DNA of 64,000 nucleotides from Candidatus Nealsonbacteria bacterium (GTDB taxonomy: Bacteria > Patescibacteriota > Minisyncoccia > Minisyncoccales > JANBVM01): positions 623,159 to 687,158 of the forward strand of contig CP179887.1 of NCBI GenBank assembly GCA_047456295.1, read 5' to 3'. The position numbers and the translations under genes were made by a program. Positions 61,101 through 64,000 of this stretch are shown one piece after another. The notes beneath the pieces are model-generated. The model worked only from the letters and a program-made list of their open reading frames with translations. It made no database searches and was not told where the DNA came from. Position 1 is the stretch's first letter. The number at the start of each line of letters is the position of its first letter.

Positions 61101-64000
61101 CCGAGGATTTAGATTTTAGCGAAGTTTTAATTTTAAGAAGCACATCTTCGCCGATTACTGATGCGCCAACCGATGGGAGTACGTATTCAGCTCCCGGAAC
61201 AATTGGCAGTAGTGATATTATCTATGTAGGCAGTCTTCAAACTTTTACTGATACTGGTTTAACAAACGATACCTCTTATTTTTACAAAATCTTCAGCCGC
61301 GACACGTACAAAAACTATTCTGGAGGAGTTCAAACAGGACCACATACGCCAACAGAACCGCCCACCACTAGTCTCGGCAACGGCACCGACCCCGGTAATG
61401 CAACAATTGCTCCAGGTTCTTCAGCCACTATGCTTGATTCTTTTACTTTCCAGACCAATACTGGCACTGATCCCATCACTGCCGCAACCACTACCCTTTC
61501 AGCAGGTTCCTCAGGAGGAATAAGTTTGATAGAAATTACAAGCGATGATGGTGTTAGTGTCTATGGTTCTGTTTCAGACCCAGCAGCAGATTCTGTATCT
61601 ATCACGCTTACCGGACTGACAGCCAGCACCACCCTCACCCAATTCAAGATACGCATCACTCCCAAAACCCATGCCAATATGCCTGTTCCACCAGGCTCTG
61701 ACTATACTGTTACAGGAACCATAACTGCCTGGACCAGCACCAATGAGCAATCAGGTACTGATACAGGAAGCGCCACCATTACCATTGACAACCAATCACC
61801 AGCCAATGTTACTGATGCCAGTGGTTCAGCTGGAGACACCCAGGTATCTCTGAACTGGACCAACCCTGTAGATGCTGACTTAGACAGCACTGTAGTCTTG
61901 AGAGCAACCACCACAGTCACTGATACTCCTGTTGAAGGAACCACCTATACTGTTGGAAACACCATTGGAACCAGCACTGTAGCCTGTATTGCCACTTCTA
62001 CAGAAACATCCTGCACTGATACAGGTCTGACCAATGGTATAGCTTATCACTACAAAATATTCACAAAAGACACCAATGGAAACTATTCAGCCACAGGAGT
62101 AGTTCCAACAGGGTCACCGTTTACGCCGCAAACCACATTAACAATAGGCGTTACCAGCGGTCCCAAAGTTGGGAATTTAGATTCGGGAGCAACGAGTCAG
62201 TATATTAATGATACTGGTTGTAATACTTCTTCAACCTGCGCCGCTTTTACGCTTTCAATTTCTTTTGGCTCAGAAACAATCACCTCAATTAAAATTACCG
62301 AAACAGGAACAGCTGCAGCAGATACTTATTTGTCTAATTTAGCCTTATTTTATGATACGGACGACAATTTTTCTAATGGTACAACCGGTCAATACGGCAC
62401 AACCGTTGCAAATTTTGCTGCTGACCAGACAGCTAATGTTAGTGGTTCTTTAGTAGTTTCCTCTGACACCACCTATTATTTCTATGTTCGTTTTGATGTA
62501 GTAAATGGAGCAAATTATCCTACTGGCGGCCAAACGGTTAATTTCCAAATTGCCGTTGATGCTGATGTTGGCACAACCGGCACACCAAATAAAACAGGAG
62601 CGCCCGCAACACTGGCCGGTATCACTTCCATTCGTCCCGATGTTACTTCCATTGCCTATCCTCAATCTCCCGATGGCGGCAGAAATGGAGATACTTTTAC
62701 CATCAGCGGTGTCGGATTTGCAACGAGCTGTACTAATGTCTCTGTTCAGATTCAGACCACAGATTTAACCTGCAACAGTGCTGCCACAACCTCTCTCTCG
62801 GTGACTATTCCTGTTGCTCAAACAACTACATTTGGCGGTACAGGATCAAATGGTCTTTTGGTTACAGTCGGCGGGACTGCTGATGATGTGCGTCAAGACT
62901 TCTTTATCTATCCTAAAATAGATTCTATCACCGTGCCAACTGGTTTTGCTTCAAGTACTGCTCGAGAATTTCAAAGTGGTGATACAGATGGCATAATCAC
63001 TCTTAATGGTTCACGATTCGGGACTAATGGAACTGTTACAGTCTTGGGTCAAAGCGCCACTACAACCAGCTATGCAGATACGGCAGTTGAATTGCAAATT
63101 CCGACCAGTATATCAGATAATGTTTATACCGGTGATATTGTTCTTACTCGAACCAATCCTTCAGATAATAAAACTGTTACCTCAACTAATTTCAGGATTT
63201 TGCCTCGCATCATTTCCCTTATTCCCAATAACGGACTGGAGGGCGATGCAGTGACCATTAGCGGTAATCATTTTTGCCAGACAGGCACCTGCCCGCCATC
63301 GGGGCAAAGAAATACTTCTACTTCGACCATAACTTTTAATGGTGTTAATGTTCCTGACAGCGATGTTACAGCCTGGTCTGATGCTTCAATTGAAGTTAAG
63401 GTGCCGACAGGTGCTACTACCGGACTGGTAATAGTAAAAAGTAATAACTTTACATCAAATGGCCTTACTTTTTCTGTCGGTGTGCCAGATGCCACTTCAT
63501 TTATTAATAATACAGAGGGTGGTTTACTTGACGGTGGCCGGCCGGGTCAAAGCATTACTGTTACTGGCACCTATTTTGCTTCTGCCTGTTCTGCTCCATC
63601 AACCGAGGTAAAGATTGGCACTTACAGCGTGCCCTGCTCTGATGTTTCTAATTGGACCGCCACATCTGTCACTTTTACAATTCCAACTTCTACTACAGCC
63701 TATGGCGGAAGTGGTTCTGACGGACTTATTATTAGAGCCGATGATCAGGATGATCAGACCCCTCTTACTTTCTTTGTTTACCCTAAGGTTACAAATATCG
63801 TCACTCCTTTAATTAGTGGGGCAGCTCGTGAGGGAGAAACTATAACCCTAACTAGTCTGCGCTTTGGTACTACAGGTACAGTCACTATCCTGGGAGAGAA
63901 TGCCGCTATTTCTTCCTGGCAAGATACAAGCGTGAGTGTCGTTGTACCTTCAAGCATTGCTGACAATAATTATACAGGAACAGTTATTCTTATGCGAAGT
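55181..64000 (+). CDS. giant membrane-anchored surface protein, 3' end outside window (>2,940 aa)
   Basis: Frame 2 is open from the stop at 55175-55177 and ATG at 55181 to nt 64000. It is not in the ORF track because no stop is reached. ~563-aa K/R-rich N-terminal region, TM NFLIVWLIFLLVAGWVFSGW (nt 56870-56929), six ~256-aa modules each ending in an FN3-like unit (QVSLNWTNP...VVLRATS...TDTGLTNG-AYHYKIFTKD), then IPT/TIG-like domains from ~62.6 kb. Confidence 0.85.
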   Translation, partial: MLRQKRTVWENIKKSSLEKYRDALRHAKKEHINIKRLLKKEKRVFSRKIWWRICFIKKKTKTVQREFNRYKRTLEKEKKKIEGRFEESIVFIERYFKDIKKENQKKLLKHRRKIKREFLRKGKLIYESLIDFFKGAPSLLRSQSVFPQEILAFIFNNINLGLIIPIEFLISLEKDLQKIILKRRKKLEIKIDDFGLIFKKQCTKIRKSLKRKEKVFFQRILLGVCFIEKRIKIAQCEYKRYERRLQKKKGKTEKKLKQFTVFIKRYLREVKRENQKSFLKYERKILKKKKLFYKLLFNSFNNLSLLITIQLDQVIKTLVFVSDSILLNLVDLTDTLNLILEKQTRKVLLRYRCEYKKILRKYGREYRKYEGKLLKKSKKILLKNKSLTLRFVRKKVKIIERQFKKYERKLEQKKIKTEQKAEIYIALFEASYKELRKENRKKFLKYKRGLKRIISKKRKEIVIGIIRLFLDVFYYRNLFVEIINDEKELFRKLLDSIGEKILNLFDFVEWYQREFRCFVISNGSYLQKFKSWFTKITQPSFVFLKTTSFPRIKIAKIVKNSSGNFLIVWLIFLLVAGWVFSGWPRIWQEPPVPPEIKIARAASEGPNSPSSAVEDTTGIGTVSWTGYTNVYASDDSRATASLDKAIISYYIKATGFGFSIPTGATINGIEVEIERSEAETDGNIKDNSVKIVKGGTISGDEKADTVTAWPTNDADAYATYGGSTDLWGVSWTAEDINSADFGVAIAAKNTVPGKPTIETAQVDHIRITVTYTPFVLTTTIANGTDPSNATIAPGASIIDIDSFTFQTNAGTDSITAVTTTLSAGSSEGISEIRITSDDGTTLYFNAVSNPASDTIGFSGGTPIPASTTATQFKIRITPKTHANMPVPPGSDYTVTGTITAWTSTNEQSGTDTGSATITIDNQSPANVTDASGSAGDTQVSLNWTNPVDADLDSIVVLRATSTVTDTPVEGTTYTVGNTIGTSTVACIATSTETSCTDTGLTNGIAYHYKIFTKDTNGNYSATGVVPTGSPFTPTLTPKTTIANGTDPDNATIAPETSILDLDSFTFQTNINTDSITAATTTLSTGSSEGISEIRITSDDGATLYFSAVSNPASDTIGFSGGTPIPASTTLTQFKIRITPKTHANMPVPPGSDYTVTGTITAWTSTNEQAGTDTGSATITIDNQSPANVTSASGSAGDTQVSLNWTNSTSTDLDSTVVLRATSTVTDTPVEGTTYSVEDPIGTSIVACIATSTETSCTDTGLTNGTAYHYKIFTKDTNENYSATGVVPTGSPFTPSAAPTTYLGNGTDPSNTTVEPGSTNQYLDQFSFNTNTGTDSISALTVTSASTTAIASMQIWSDDLGTQYFTTVSSPVGDSWNFSDGTAIPVNITTAYFRVIVNFKDHVSLASGSYAVTGYVSSFTSTNIQSGSDSAGTTIIVDNSPPADATWGTITPGDEQVILNWTNPEDLDFSEVLILRSTSSPITDAPTDGSTYSAPGTIGSSDIIYVGSLQTFTDTGLTNDTSYFYKIFSRDTYKNYSGGVQTGPHTPTEPPTTSLGNGTDPGNATIAPGSSATMLDSFTFQTNTGTDPITAATTTLSAGSSGGISLIEITSDDGVSVYGSVSDPAADSVSITLTGLTASTTLTQFKIRITPKTHANMPVPPGSDYTVTGTITAWTSTNEQAGTDTGSATITIDNQSPANVTSASGSAGDTQVSLNWTNSTSTDLDSTVVLRATSTVTDTPVEGTTYSVEDPIGTSIVACIATSTETSCTDTGLTNGTAYHYKIFTKDTNENYSATGVVPTGSPFTPSAAPTTYLGNGTDPSNTTVEPGSTNQYLDQFSFNTNTGTDSISALTVTSASTTAIASMQIWSDDLGTQYFTTVSSPVGDSWNFSDGTAIPVNITTAYFRVIVNFKDHVSLASGSYAVTGYVSSFTSTNIQSGSDSAGTTIIVDNSPPADATWGTITPGDEQVILNWTNPEDLDFSEVLILRSTSSPITDAPTDGSTYSAPGTIGSSDIIYVGSLQTFTDTGLTNDTSYFYKIFSRDTYKNYSGGVQTGPHTPTEPPTTSLGNGTDPGNATIAPGSSATMLDSFTFQTNTGTDPITAATTTLSAGSSGGISLIEITSDDGVSVYGSVSDPAADSVSITLTGLTASTTLTQFKIRITPKTHANMPVPPGSDYTVTGTITAWTSTNEQSGTDTGSATITIDNQSPANVTDASGSAGDTQVSLNWTNPVDADLDSTVVLRATTTVTDTPVEGTTYTVGNTIGTSTVACIATSTETSCTDTGLTNGIAYHYKIFTKDTNGNYSATGVVPTGSPFTPQTTLTIGVTSGPKVGNLDSGATSQYINDTGCNTSSTCAAFTLSISFGSETITSIKITETGTAAADTYLSNLALFYDTDDNFSNGTTGQYGTTVANFAADQTANVSGSLVVSSDTTYYFYVRFDVVNGANYPTGGQTVNFQIAVDADVGTTGTPNKTGAPATLAGITSIRPDVTSIAYPQSPDGGRNGDTFTISGVGFATSCTNVSVQIQTTDLTCNSAATTSLSVTIPVAQTTTFGGTGSNGLLVTVGGTADDVRQDFFIYPKIDSITVPTGFASSTAREFQSGDTDGIITLNGSRFGTNGTVTVLGQSATTTSYADTAVELQIPTSISDNVYTGDIVLTRTNPSDNKTVTSTNFRILPRIISLIPNNGLEGDAVTISGNHFCQTGTCPPSGQRNTSTSTITFNGVNVPDSDVTAWSDASIEVKVPTGATTGLVIVKSNNFTSNGLTFSVGVPDATSFINNTEGGLLDGGRPGQSITVTGTYFASACSAPSTEVKIGTYSVPCSDVSNWTATSVTFTIPTSTTAYGGSGSDGLIIRADDQDDQTPLTFFVYPKVTNIVTPLISGAAREGETITLTSLRFGTTGTVTILGENAAISSWQDTSVSVVVPSSIADNNYTGTVILMRS
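58555..61620 (+). repeat. 2 x 1533-bp tandem direct duplication inside the giant ORF
   Basis: 58555-60087 and 60088-61620. Shadow ORF pairs 58636/60169 and 59137/60670 have identical translations at an offset of exactly 1533. Three spot checks of the DNA (58921/60454, 59401/60934, 59821/61354) are identical. Confidence 0.85.

Noticed and set aside
57400-62200. Diversity-generating retroelement acting on the repeated modules of the giant protein
   Set aside because: There is no reverse transcriptase gene or template repeat in the window. Differences between module copies are mosaic blocks, not adenine-specific substitutions as far as I can see.
57656-63966. Fourteen short minus-strand ORFs (60-125 aa) and three frame-0 plus-strand ORFs across 57.6-64 kb
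   Set aside because: All lie inside the continuous frame-2 giant ORF starting at 55181. They repeat with the same 1533-nt period as the coding repeats and have low-complexity V/T/S/G composition. They are shadow ORFs.

Overview
The window looks like part of a small, low-GC, gene-dense bacterial genome of the Candidate Phyla Radiation / Patescibacteria type. It has bacterial UvrA, GroES/EL, DnaG, RpoD, HtpX and ProRS, many small membrane or secreted proteins, and giant surface proteins. Layout: (i) 1-19.2 kb holds core housekeeping genes plus a minus-strand block of four paralogous GT4 glycosyltransferases and a kinase. (ii) 19.3-20.4 kb holds a free-standing LAGLIDADG-like endonuclease gene next to a tRNA-Asn(GUU) interrupted by a ~262-nt group I intron. 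(iii) 20.4-27.0 kb holds proS and a LivHMGF-type ABC transporter. This segment is visibly richer in G+C/CpG by eye and is bracketed by direct repeats of the tRNA 3' end. (iv) 26.9-47.2 kb is the most unusual part. It is a strictly one-directional array of ~17 short gene units separated by a conserved tRNA-3'-half-like junction motif and modular hairpin+promoter elements. Many of these elements place the -10 box only 6-8 nt from the ATG (leaderless design). No recombinase gene is visible in the window. (v) 47.2-54.6 kb holds mixed core genes, two paralogs of array genes, a TnpB-only IS200/IS605-type element, a CYTH protein and an unlisted 57-aa zinc-ribbon ORF. (vi) From 55181 to the window end runs one open frame of more than 2,940 codons. 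It is absent from the ORF track because it has no stop in the window. It encodes a giant membrane-anchored surface protein with six ~256-aa tandem modules, including an apparently exact 2 x 1533-bp tandem duplication. All functional calls come from motif recognition by eye. No database search, GC computation or RNA-folding program was run.
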